Shown here: positions 1 to 11,700 of the stretch, piece after piece
Layout: each line of letters begins with the position of its first letter
Numbering within the stretch: position 1 is the first letter of the stretch
Assembly: GCA_950097015.1 (NCBI GenBank)
Contig: CATNEN010000024.1
Span: forward strand, 5,890,001 to 5,954,000
Direction: 5' to 3'
DNA from: Macrostomum hystrix
Taxonomy: Eukaryota; Animalia; Platyhelminthes
DNA length: 64,000 nt
Made by a program: the position numbers and the translations under genes
The notes under the pieces: generated by a model
What the model saw: only the letters and a program-made list of their open reading frames with translations
Database searches by the model: none
What the model was told of the DNA's origin: nothing

Positions 1-1
1 G

Positions 2-754
2 CAGCTGCGCTTTGCCAGCTACGGCGAGTGCCGCGAAATCAGCGACCTGAGCGACGGGCCGGCGATGACCGTCTCCAGTGCCAGCCTCGTGTTCTACCGC
101 GTGTTCCAGGCTGCTCACCTGTCCCTGTTCCTGCTGTGCATTGTGCTAGTGTTCATCCTGTACGTGCTCATCTACGAGTCCGTGCTGCGCCTCAGACGGA
201 GCCGACGCCAGCGCAGGGAGCGGCTCAACAAGCGAATACAGCAGGCCACGGCTGTCTCGGCTGCAGCTCCCGTTAGCATCGCTATCGCCGAGTCTGTTCA
301 GCCTGCCGTTGAGGTCGACGCAGCCGCTGCTGAGGCGGCTTCGCCCGTTGTCGACAATGTAACAGCCGTCGGAGCCGTCGACAGCTCCTCCGAGCAGCTG
401 CAGCAGCTTCAGCAGCGCAACTCGCTGGTTCCAGCGTCGGCGAACGCAGCCAATCGAGACCGCGACGGTCGGGATAGCGACGCATTGCAAAACTTGAAAA
501 CTGCCGCCATGCTGTTCGTTGTGGCCGTTGTCTTCATCTTCACTTTCCTACCGGCGGCGCTGATGACAGTCAAGGCGGTGCCCTTCAACATTGTGGTGTT
601 CTACATGTACTACCTGGCTCACGCCACCAATCCCATCATCTACTGCTTTATGAATCACAACTTTCGGGAGGATCTGAGGCGCATCTTCTGCAAGAACCGG
701 CGCGGCGAGCATGGCGCGACAGCTGCTCGCTCTAACCACATACAGCTGCAGTGA
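2..754 (+). CDS. Class A (rhodopsin-like) GPCR, TM5-TM7 and C-terminus; 5' part lies upstream of the window
   Basis: The frame is open from position 2 to TGA at 752-754. It has a hydrophobic TM5 (SLFLLCIVLVFILYVLIY), a long ICL3, TM6 (LKTAAMLFVVAVVFIFTFLP), TM7 with NPIIY (NPxxY) and helix 8 (FMNHNFREDLRRIF). Confidence 0.9.
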   Translation, partial: QLRFASYGECREISDLSDGPAMTVSSASLVFYRVFQAAHLSLFLLCIVLVFILYVLIYESVLRLRRSRRQRRERLNKRIQQATAVSAAAPVSIAIAESVQPAVEVDAAAAEAASPVVDNVTAVGAVDSSSEQLQQLQQRNSLVPASANAANRDRDGRDSDALQNLKTAAMLFVVAVVFIFTFLPAALMTVKAVPFNIVVFYMYYLAHATNPIIYCFMNHNFREDLRRIFCKNRRGEHGATAARSNHIQLQ

Positions 755-937
755 CGCGACTGAAGAAGCTACCCTTTGATATCTGGCCCTATCGTCATGG
801 CTTGTTGTTGTAATATTTCCAGTTTACTTCTTATCTTTAGCATTAGTCAAGCATATACTATCCTATCGTGTTGTTTTAGTAGAAATTTCACTACACTGAA
901 AGAAAAGACTAATTTTACTGCTTCATTTAGCTTTTTC

Positions 938-968
938 AATAAATAAATAAATAAATAAATAAATAAAT
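938..968 (+). repeat. (AAAT)n microsatellite containing several AATAAA hexamers; possible poly(A) signal of the GPCR
   Basis: aataaataaataaataaataaataaataaat lies about 185 nt after the GPCR stop. Confidence 0.6.
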
Positions 969-2797
969 ACTTATTTAATGCAACACATTATTGTCAGACT
1001 TTAAAATAAAAAACACGAACAGGTTAATGTCGTCCGTCTCCGAAAAAATAGATGCTAATTTAAATTAAGATTTTATTTTGGTAATTTTCCGGGTAATTGT
1101 AATCCGAAATTATCATATGCTGCATTATATAACTCGTATTATTCTTTTTTGTCAGCTATGGTCAGCTATGGTCATGTCGTCAAAGTTAAGCTCGACCAGA
1201 ATATACTTACTTATTATTGCCTTGAGCATACCAATGCATCTATTGTTTTCGCTTATAATATACAAGCTAGCTACGCGTAACCGTGGAAAAGGAAAATACA
1301 TCAAACACGAATCATTCGGGCAGTAATCCACTGAGATGTTACCTTACAACATACATGATATAATAATAATAACTAGGTTTCAATATATTATAATCTGCCT
1401 ATCTAAAATAGAGAAAACTAGAAAATAGTATTTCAGTGCTGTACATGTAAACCTAAACACTCAGTGCACATCGCAATTATCGCAATTCATGCCATAATTT
1501 TTTGTTGAATTATCGGTGGTACCTATATAATTAAAGAAGACAGCGTAAAACATAATAAATATTTGATAATACTTCATGCTTTTGATAATAGCTCATAAGT
1601 GAAAATTTGGGAATGACAGTGAATTAGTAATATTATGAGTTTATCTGGTGTGAATTCAGAAGGCTCGAGAACGGAGGTAACCAGAACGGACTATAATCCA
1701 ACGAATGCATATTTCACACGAATCCTTTTGTAATACTTTGTAATTCTTTGTTTAAATAATGTTTTAAAAGTATATTATTGTCCTATTTTTGCAAATATTC
1801 GGTTGCATTTTTTACTTTACATAAATATTTTGTTTTATATTGATCTCCATGGCAAACGCGATACAAAAGCTTTTAATGTCGACCTCTACGGTGTAATTAT
1901 TTTTAGCTCTATCCCACTTCTTTTCTAATAATTCGCTTTTATTTTCGAGGGTGAACGATTGTCTTAAAGTTCTGTAAATCTTATAATAAAATGAATTTTC
2001 ATAATTCCGCATACAAGCCGGATTCAGAAACATCAGAAATGGAGAAGTCAAAAGAGTGAGTTAAATGATGAAATAATTGTAACGAACCGATTCCATGCAC
2101 TACAATGTTTAAACTTATTACATGGTATGCTTACGTTTTGCATTCGTCAAACTTCTGATATCAGAACGTGATATAAATTATCACTGTATATTATTCTCAC
2201 TGAAATGAGTGGGCTGCATCATCTTTGTTTGGAACTAAGTTAGTGGTAGTAAGTTGGTATCGAAACCTAAAGGTCTTTATAATAAATAATTAGTATAGTT
2301 ATGAATGTATGCATATTTTCGGAAATCTAGCATTCAGGAACTATACAAACATAATTGTTTCTTCTGTAACTTGAATAAAATCATTGAGTACAAAAAGTTA
2401 TAACCTTATGCTGGACTAATGAAAGATTAGGTAGTCAAACAATGCCATATGTTTTTATATCATATTAACTCTAAAGTTGTAATTTTCTAAATTGCCTCTG
2501 ACTGCAAACTATAGGCTGATAATACAAAAAAAATTGGGTATTTTGCTCTATCTTGATGCTCATAAAATTAATGACATCAACTAACACATGCTTAGATGAA
2601 TATTTTTTAAAAATCCCATCTGCTATTTTTTTGTTTTTACCTTTCTTAAGAACCTTTTGTATAATTGAAAATATCGCAATTTAAGATTAGTTAGTTTCTT
2701 AACTACACTTAGTGTAAAAAATGGACTATAAAAAACTAAATTATGCAGCATAATCTTTCGGAATCAAACACAAACTGTTTTTGCAACTATTCAACAG

Positions 2798-5700
2798 ACT
2801 GAGTGCAAATGGAACCGATAGTCAAGAGAAATCGTCCTTCCTAAATGTGGCAGACTTTGTCAACCTTGTCGAGTACTGGAAGCGGGTTGCAACGCATCGA
2901 AGACAGTTAACAAAGGAGGAGAAGTCCAGACAGTTAGGCAGTGAGAAGGACAATGCTGGTGAGTGCAACCCTGTTAGCAACTGGATATAACCTAGCTATG
3001 TCACGAGTGAATGTGTCAGGAGTGAATGTGTCAGGAGTGAATGTGTCAGGAGTGAATGTGTCAGGAGTGAATGTGTCAGGAGTGAATGTATCAGGAGTGA
3101 ATGTGTCAGGAGTGAATGTGTCAGGAGTGAATGTATCAGGAGTGAAGGTGTCAGGAGTGAAGTTGTCAGTAGTGACGTTGTCAGGAGTGAAGGTGTCAGG
3201 AGTGAAGTTGTCAGTAGTGACGTTGTCAGGAGTGAAGGTGTCAGGAGTGAAGTTGTCAGTAGTGACGTTGTCAGGAGTGAAGGTGTCAGAAGTGAAGGTG
3301 TCAGGAGTGAAGGTGTCAGGAGTGAAAGTGTTAGGAGTGAAGTTGTCAGTAGTGACGTTGTCAGGAGTGAAGGTGTCAGGAGTGAAGTTGTCAGTAGTGA
3401 CGTTGTCAGGAGTGAAGGTGTCAGGAGTGAAGGTGTCAGGAGTGAAGGTGTCAGGAGTGAAGGTGTCAGGAGTAAAGGCATCAGATCAGCCTACCGCTGC
3501 TCACGGAATTCCACAGACGCTGTGTCCAGTCTGCTCCAGGCGGAGGCTCACAGAGTGGATGGTGTCGGCGCCGCTGACAAACGCCGGCGCGCCGATCGCT
3601 CCGGAGTCAGCGGGCGCGACTTGGCTGACCAGGAGGAGCGGCGCAACCTCAACCGGTCGCTGCTGCAGTACTTCATTTCGGTCAGCACGCCTGGCAGCGA
3701 GGACTATTCCGACACGCTGGACAGCCAGTTTGTACAGAGCCTGCTGGAGCGGGGAGCCAGCTTGAACACTCGGGATCGGCATGGACAGACGGTGCTGCAC
3801 GAGGTGCGCGAGGATGATGCAGACCTCGAATCCCAGATGACCAATTCCAGTTTTCTCAGATCCCAAATCCCAGCTTCATCAATTCCAAAATCCTAAATCC
3901 CATAAACAACCATCAGGTGGCGAAGAACTGGAACCCGGCTGTCATGGAGCTGATGATTCGCTGCGGCGGCGACCCGAATGCTGGCGACTTTCTCGGCCGG
4001 ACGCCGTTGCACGTGGCCGCGGCCAGTAACTACCCCGACATGTGCCGCCTGCTGGTGCGTCGCGGCGCTAACCCGGAGACGCTGACCACCAACGCGCAGA
4101 CTCCGCTGTTCTTCGCAGCCAAGACTGACTCGGTCAAGTCGCTGAAGGTTCTGATGCAGCTCGGCTGCAAGTTCGACTCTGTTTTTGACAGTCGAGGCCG
4201 AACACCGCTGTATGCTGCTGCCGAGTTGGGTGAGGATCTGGGATCTACTGGGGATTTTAGTCAGGGTCAGTTGATGGGGATCTGGGATCTGGGATCTGTG
4301 GGGATTTTAGTCAGGATCAGTTGATGGGGATCTGGGATCTGTGGGGATTTTAGTCAGGGTCAGTTGATGGGGATCTGGGATCTGGGATCTGTGGGGATTT
4401 TAGTCAGGGTCAGTTGATGCTTATCTGGGATCTGTGGGGATTTTAGTCAAGTTAGATTGTTGGGGATCTGGGATCTGTGGGGATTTTAGTCAGGGTCAGT
4501 TAATGGGGATCAGGGATATGGTGGGGTTTTTTAGTCGATAGTTGGGGATCACAAAAGATAAGAGACTCGGGATTTGAGGAGACTAGATTTAAGATTTGGG
4601 GAGACTCGGATTTGGGATTTGAGGAGACTGAGATTATATTTTGAGCAGACTGGGATTTAAGATATGAGGATATGATGTTTTTTATTTGAGAGGAACGAGG
4701 TTATTCGAATAAAACAAAGAGTAAAATCTTAATTTCGTGAGCCAAAAATTAAAGAACTCACTGCCCCAAAATCATTCGAATCAGAAACTTTTAAATCAGA
4801 AAATTGGATTTAATACACTTGGAATCGCTAACTTGCATGGTCTGTAAACTCAGCTTTTACTTTGACTATATTGCTAGTAAGTGCTTTGGCTAGCATAAGA
4901 TAATCAGTCTAAGTTTTGACATTCTGAGCATAGATCAGTTTATTTTTGTTGGTGAGAGAAGTTGGTAAATAGTTTTTGTTTATTTAAGTACTTTTGCATA
5001 AAATTATGGCTTCTAAGTAAGTTTTATTGTGAAATTGTTGCTACAGAAAGTAATCTAAATTTCTTAGCCAATCAGAGAGACAGGGAACCCGCGTAGTTTT
5101 CAATGTACAAAGCTCCAATGTACATTAGTGCGCTAAATTCACAGGGCGTGAGGTGGGTTGAATTGATGTACACACGCGAGGTGTACACCGCCCAACTAGC
5201 CAATCCGTGGGAGTTAGCATAGTACTCGTATGTGTATATTTAATATAGCCAAATCTTGTTCCAGATCGAAGCGAGACGGCCGCCATCCTTCTAGACCACG
5301 GCGCGGACGCGTTTGTGAAAGACAACTCAGGCCAAATCGCATTCGTGCCCATGGTTGAGAAAATGCCCACCTTGGTGAGTGTGCAGGAGCATTGCTATGG
5401 ACAAACTCTTCGTATAAGCCTGAACTGTTCCCTCAATTTCCTTATTTTTAGGCCAAAGAGGCGCTTCAGCAGCTGCACTACAAGTACCGCATCGATCGCA
5501 GCCAGACATTCGACCTGTTCCGCCTCTTTCCCATCGAAGTGGACGAGTCGGAAGGTCCGGGTGGAGCTGTTGTAGTGAAGACGGAGAATATTGACGTGCC
5601 CTACTACTCGGCGGTGAGTAGGCAGTAAGATTTTGCTGTCATTTTGTGCTAAAGCAGCCTGAAGCAAATAAATGGATTTCCAGAATTCTTGGGGGAAAAA

Positions 5701-8700
5701 AACAAAAAGCTAATGTCTTACAAACAGCGCAATTAAGCAACGAGTGAATTAACCAAGAGAATGTTTAACTTTTAAGACGCTTTTGTGCAAAGCGATTTCA
5801 GACAGCTTACATTGGGGCAATGTACATTGCATGGATAAACTTCTGGAAGCAATGTACATTGAGCCAATGTACATGTACTGACTCTAGACCATTTAAATAA
5901 ACCGTTACATCGAACCAATGAACTTATTTTGGAGCAATGTACATTCTAACAATGTACCTACTCTGGAGAAATTTACATTCGGACGATGTACTTACTCTCG
6001 AGCAATGTACAATCATAAGTTGTACATTGGAGAGATGTACATTCAAACCATGTACTTTAAAGGCAATCCACGTGTAGACACCAAGCCAAATCGCGTCGCC
6101 GCACAACTACAGATTCGAGCCATCACGAACACAAAAAACTACAAAGTAGTTGAAACACCGCTGCTGGAAAACTTCATTCAGGAGCAGTGGAAAATTTTTG
6201 GCCGGTAAAATGAACTCATAAAAGGCGCTAATTAATTATGGAATTGAATTTATCTCGGCTTGTGATTGAACTGTGATTTTATACTCGCAAAAGTTTTTAT
6301 TAAAGCGAAAAACAGCAATATTCAAAATGAATAGTACAATTTTACTAATGTTGCAGATGAAGGCCGTAATCAATGTGTTTAGACTGGACTTGATCGAGTC
6401 CAAAGTTGTTAGCCAATACTTGGATGCTCAGTGGAACAGCTTTGGAAAGTGCGCAGAATGAAAAGTTATCAGGCTTTGTTTTATTTAGCTGTTGTAACCT
6501 CTTTATTAGACTAGAACCTGCCTTTCTCTACGCCTTTGCTTTCTTTTGTTTCTACTCAGCTAAGTAGTCTATATTGGTTGTTTTCTTTTTCACAATGCTT
6601 TCCTACAAATAAAGTAATGCAGCGATTCTGATTGCGAGCTTTGATACTGAGAACTAATGTTTTTAAATAATGACACAAATCAAAGATAATGATATAGACT
6701 ATACTGCCCATTCAACCAACTCCTAATGCACACAGATGTGTCTGTCCTTACTTTTTCATCGTTTGTCTGCTTGAATTAATTTTTATCATTTTTCTCATTA
6801 TTCTGTACTATTTTAGCACTTTTTCTCTCATCGCACTACTGCCAAACAGTAAGTAGTATAAAAAGTAAACACCGAAAAATACTTTTTTTAAAAGAGTACT
6901 ATTCTTAATCGTTGCAAAAACAAACGGTTTGTTGACACTTCCGTTGCTAGGAAACGCGCGATTCTACAAGTGTTGCTACAGCTGGTCACCATAGTGATGT
7001 GGACAGTGTTCGCTGTCATCAAAGAATGGACTCAGCGCTATCTCTATGTATTGCCGGAGGAGGGCTACAGAATCTTCATATTGGTTGGTGGAGCTGGACA
7101 TTGTGACTGGTAGAATTTTAGCAGAACTATTGTAGCAGCCTTTGTGTCATTCCTTTGTATTGTCCTCCAATCACCTCAGATTGCAGCCATGGGTCTCACC
7201 GCTTACAATATTGGAGAGGAAATCTTTGAGTACTATCAGGAGAGACGCCGGCATTTGGTGAGTTCCGCTTCTAAATTAGAATAGAGGCGCGGTTGAGATG
7301 TAGGGAATCAGGCTGGAAATCTATGGAGCTAGGGGTGAGATGTAGGGAGTCAGGCTGGAAATCTATGGAGCTAGGGGTGAGATGTAGGGAATCAGGCTGG
7401 AAATCTATGGAGCTAGGGGTGAGATGTAGGGAGTCAGGCTGGAAATCTATGGAGCTAGGGGTGAGATGTTGCGAGTCAGGCTGGAAATCTATGGAGCTAG
7501 GGGTGAGATGTAGGGAGTCAGGCTGGAAATCTATGGAGCTAGGGGTGAGATGTAGGGAGTCAAGCTGGAAATCTATGGAGCTAGGGGTGAGATGTTGCGA
7601 GTCAGGCTGGAAATCTATGGAGCTAGGGGTGAGATGTTGCGAGTCAGGCTGGAAATCTATGGAGCTAGGGGTGAGATGTAGGGAGTCAGGCTGGAAATCT
7701 ATGGAGCTAGGGGTGAGATGTAGGGAGTCAGGCTGGAAATCTATGGAGCTAGGGGTGAGATGTAGGGAGTCAAGCTGGAAATCTATGGAGCTAGGGGTGA
7801 GATGTTGCGAGTCAGGCTGGAAATCTATGGAGCTAGGGGTGAGATGTTGCGAGTCAGGCTGGAAATCTATGGAGCTAGGGGTGAGATGTAGGGAGTCAGG
7901 CTGGAAATCTATGGAGCTAGGGGTGAGATGTAGGGAGTCAGGCTGGAAATCTATGGAGCTAGGGGTGAGATGTAGGGAGTCAAGCTGGAAATCTATGGAG
8001 CTAGGGGTGAGATGTTGCGAGTCAGGCTGGAAATCTATGGAGCTAGGGGTGAGATGTTGCGAGTCAGGCTGGAAATCTATGGAGCTAGGGGTGAGATGTA
8101 GGGAGTCAGGCTGGAAATCTATGGAGCTAGGGGTGAGATGTAGGGAGTCAGGCTGGAAATCTATGGAGCTAGGGTGAGATGTAGGGAGTCAAGCTGGAAA
8201 TCTATGGAGCTAGGGGTGAGATGTAGGGAGTCAAGCTGGAAATCTATGGAGCTAGGGGTGAGATGTAGGGAGTCAGGCTGGAAATCTATGGAGCTAGGGG
8301 TGAGATGTAGGGAGTCAGGCTGGAAATCTATGGAGCTAGGGGTGAGATGTAGGGAGTCAAGCTGGAAATCTATGGAGCTAGGGGTGAGATGTAGGGAGTC
8401 AGGCTGGAAATCTATGGAGCTAGGGGTGAGATGTAGGGAGTCAGGCTGGAAATCTATGGAGCTAGGGGTGAGATGTAGGGAGTCAGGCTGGAAATCTATG
8501 GAGCTAGGGGTGAGATGTAGGGAGTCAAGCTGGAAATCTATGGAGCTAGGGGTGAGATGTAGGGAGTCAAGCTGGAAATCTATGGAGCTAGGGGTGAGAT
8601 GTTGCGAGTCAGGCTGGAAATCTATGGAGCTAGGGGTGAGATGTAGGGAGTCAGGCTGGAAATCTATGGAGCTAGGGGTGAGATGTAGGGAGTCAGGCTG

Positions 8701-11700
8701 GAAATCTATGGAGCTAGGGGTGAGATGTTGGGAGTCAGTGAGAAGTCAGCTGATGTGAGAAGTAGACAGACTAAGGTGAGAAGTAGACAGACTGAGGTGA
8801 GAAGTAGACAGACTGAGGTGAGAAGTAGACAGACTGAGGTGAGAAGTAGGCACCTAGCAATCCGCCCGCCCACCTCAGCGCTGGCAGGAGTGGAAGTCGC
8901 AGCGCCTGGAGGAGGACATGCAGTTCTGCCATCCGCAGTGCCGCGACGAGCGCCGCTACCTCGAGGAGCAGCTGGCCGCAGTGAAGGACACCAGCGTCTC
9001 CTATTTCAATGACGCGTGGAACTATCTGGACTGGCTGTGCTACATCATCCTGCTAGCCGCTCTCGTGTCCCACTTTGTTGACGTCTGGTATCCAGGAGGC
9101 CAGGGCAACCTGGTCGCTGCCCGGTGGCACGTCCGAATCCTGGCTATTAACATAGTTATGCTGTGGGTACGGCTGCTCAAGTATGTGAAACCCTTCGAGT
9201 TCTTCGGCCCCTTCATTGTCATGCTGGGCATGATCATCAGCGACCTGGTCAAGTTCTTCCTGCTCTACCTCGAGTTCTTCATCCCCTTCGGTGAGTACCA
9301 GATCTCTCTCTTCTTCCGGACTGGCCTTTTACCCAAATCTGACCTTTCTGTCCCTTTTCCCCTAATCTAATTTCTTCCCAAATCTCATTTCTTCCCAAAC
9401 TCTTTTCTTCCCAAACTATTTTCTTCCCAAATCTCTTTTCTTCCCAAATATCCTTTCTTCCCAAAATCTTCTTTCTTCCTAACTGTTCTCTCTTCTCATT
9501 CGCAGCCTGCGTGTTCTGGAACATCCTTGGCGGCGAGCAGAACCTGCGCGAAGTTGACGTGGTTCAGTCTGGCACGCTGCACAACTACTCCAGCTACAAC
9601 CTGACCAAGGTGGGTGTCAAGCACTTTGACACTGTTCAGAATATGGCCTTCACGCTGTTTCGCCTCACGCTTGTGGACGAATATGACTATGAGGTGAGTG
9701 CTGCTTCGCCTGTCACTCTCACTTCTACACAATCAGTCACTTTCTTTTACACCATTCACTCTACTGCAATCGATCTGCCACTCTACTGCAATCGATCTGT
9801 CACTCTACTGCAATCGATCTGTCACTCTACTGCAATCGATCTGTCACTCTACTGCAATCGATCTGTCACTCTACTGCAATCGATCTGTCACTCTACTGCA
9901 ATCGATCTGTCACTCTACTGCAATCGATCTGTCACTCTACTGCAATCGATCTGTCACTCTACTGCAATCGATCTGTCACTCTACTGCAATCGATCTGTCA
10001 CTCTACTGCAATCGATCTGTCACTCTACTGCAATCGATCTGTCACTCTACTGCAATCGATCTGTCACTCTACTGCAATCGATCTGTCACTCTACTGCAAT
10101 CGATCTGTCACTCTGTCAATCTGCTGTCTTCGCAAATAAATTTGAGACAATAGCAACGCTCGAAACCCACCCACAGAGCATGATTGCGATCGACCAGGTC
10201 ACCTCGCAGATCCTCTTGGGCGCCTGGTTCGCCGTGTCCGCCATCCTGTTCCTCAACTTGTTCATCGCCCAGCTGTCTGAGACTTTCAAATCGTAAGTCG
10301 TGAAAACTGATATCCGATTCTTTTCCCAAAAGAAAAGAATTCTTCTCCGAATAGCCGATGATCTCCGATCCCGATCTCCGATCCCGATCTCCGATCCCGA
10401 TCTCCGATCCCGATCTCCGATCCCGATCTCCGATCCCGATCTCCGATCCCGATCTCCGATCCCGATCTCCGATCCCGATCTCCGATCCCGATCTCCGATC
10501 CCGATCTCCGATCCCGATCTCCGATCCCGATCTCCGATCCCGATCTCCGATCCCGATCTCCGATCCCGATCTCCGATCCCGATCTCCGATCCCGATCTCC
10601 GATCCCGATCTCCGATCCCGATCTCCGATCCCGATCTCCGATCCCGATCTCCGATCCCGATCTCCGATCCCGATCTCCGATCCCGATCTCCGATCCCGAT
10701 CTCCGATCCCGATCTCCGATCCCGATCTCCGATCCCGATCTCCGATCCCGATCTCCGATCCCGATCTCCGATCCCGATCTCCGATCCCGATCTCCGATCC
10801 CGATCTCCGATCCCGATCTCCGATCCCGATCTCCGATCCCGATCTCCGATCCCGATCTCCGATCCCGATCTCCGATCCCGATCTCCGATCCCGATCTCCG
10901 ATCCCGATCTCCGATCCCGATCTCCGATCCCGATCTCCGATCCCGATCTCCGATCCCGATCTCCGATCCCGATCTCCGATCCCGATCTCCGATCCCGATC
11001 TCCGATCCCGATCTCCGATCCCGATCTCCGATCCCGATCTCCTTTTCCAGCGTCTATGACAACGCGAAGGCCACGGCAAGCATGCAGAAGGCAATCACGC
11101 TAAACGGCTACTATGACCACATGATGCTGAGGAGCAAAGTGGGCTTCCACCGACACCTCAAGCTCAACTGCAATCCGCTGGTCGCTCCGTATGACGACGA
11201 CGTGACAGAGCAGGACTCCGGCGAGGAGCTGCGCAAAGCCACGCTGCAGATTCGGGTGCGAACTAAAGCTGGAGGATTCTTACAATTAGGGATTTACCGA
11301 AAAAACGGTCGTAGGAGAATTCTTGGAACTCTAGAAACTACCAATGCTTTCAGGATTAGTATATTTCTCTATTTAGTGAATCATGAAATTTGATGGGGAT
11401 TCTCAAGATTCTTGGGGATTCTTAAGATTCTGGGGATTCTCAAAATTCCGGTGTGGATTCTCAACATTCTGGGGGATTCTCAATGTTTTGTGCGATTCTG
11501 AAGATTCCAGTGGATTCTGAAGACTCTGAAGACTGCAGTGAGGAGCTTAGCTAAACTCAAACAGGACTCAAACTTGACTGCGTTCCGCAGGACACTCTGG
11601 ACGAGATGAAGTCGAAATTCGACCGGATGTACGCCGAGCAGGTCGAGGCCGCTGACGACTCGGACGACGGCGGCGGTGGTGGCGGAAAGCGTCGAGTTTC

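Noticed and set aside
7293-8758. 294-aa and 194-aa RCRESGWKSMELG repeat ORFs
   Set aside because: They lie inside a well-defined TRP intron and are broken by a 1-bp deletion near 8172.
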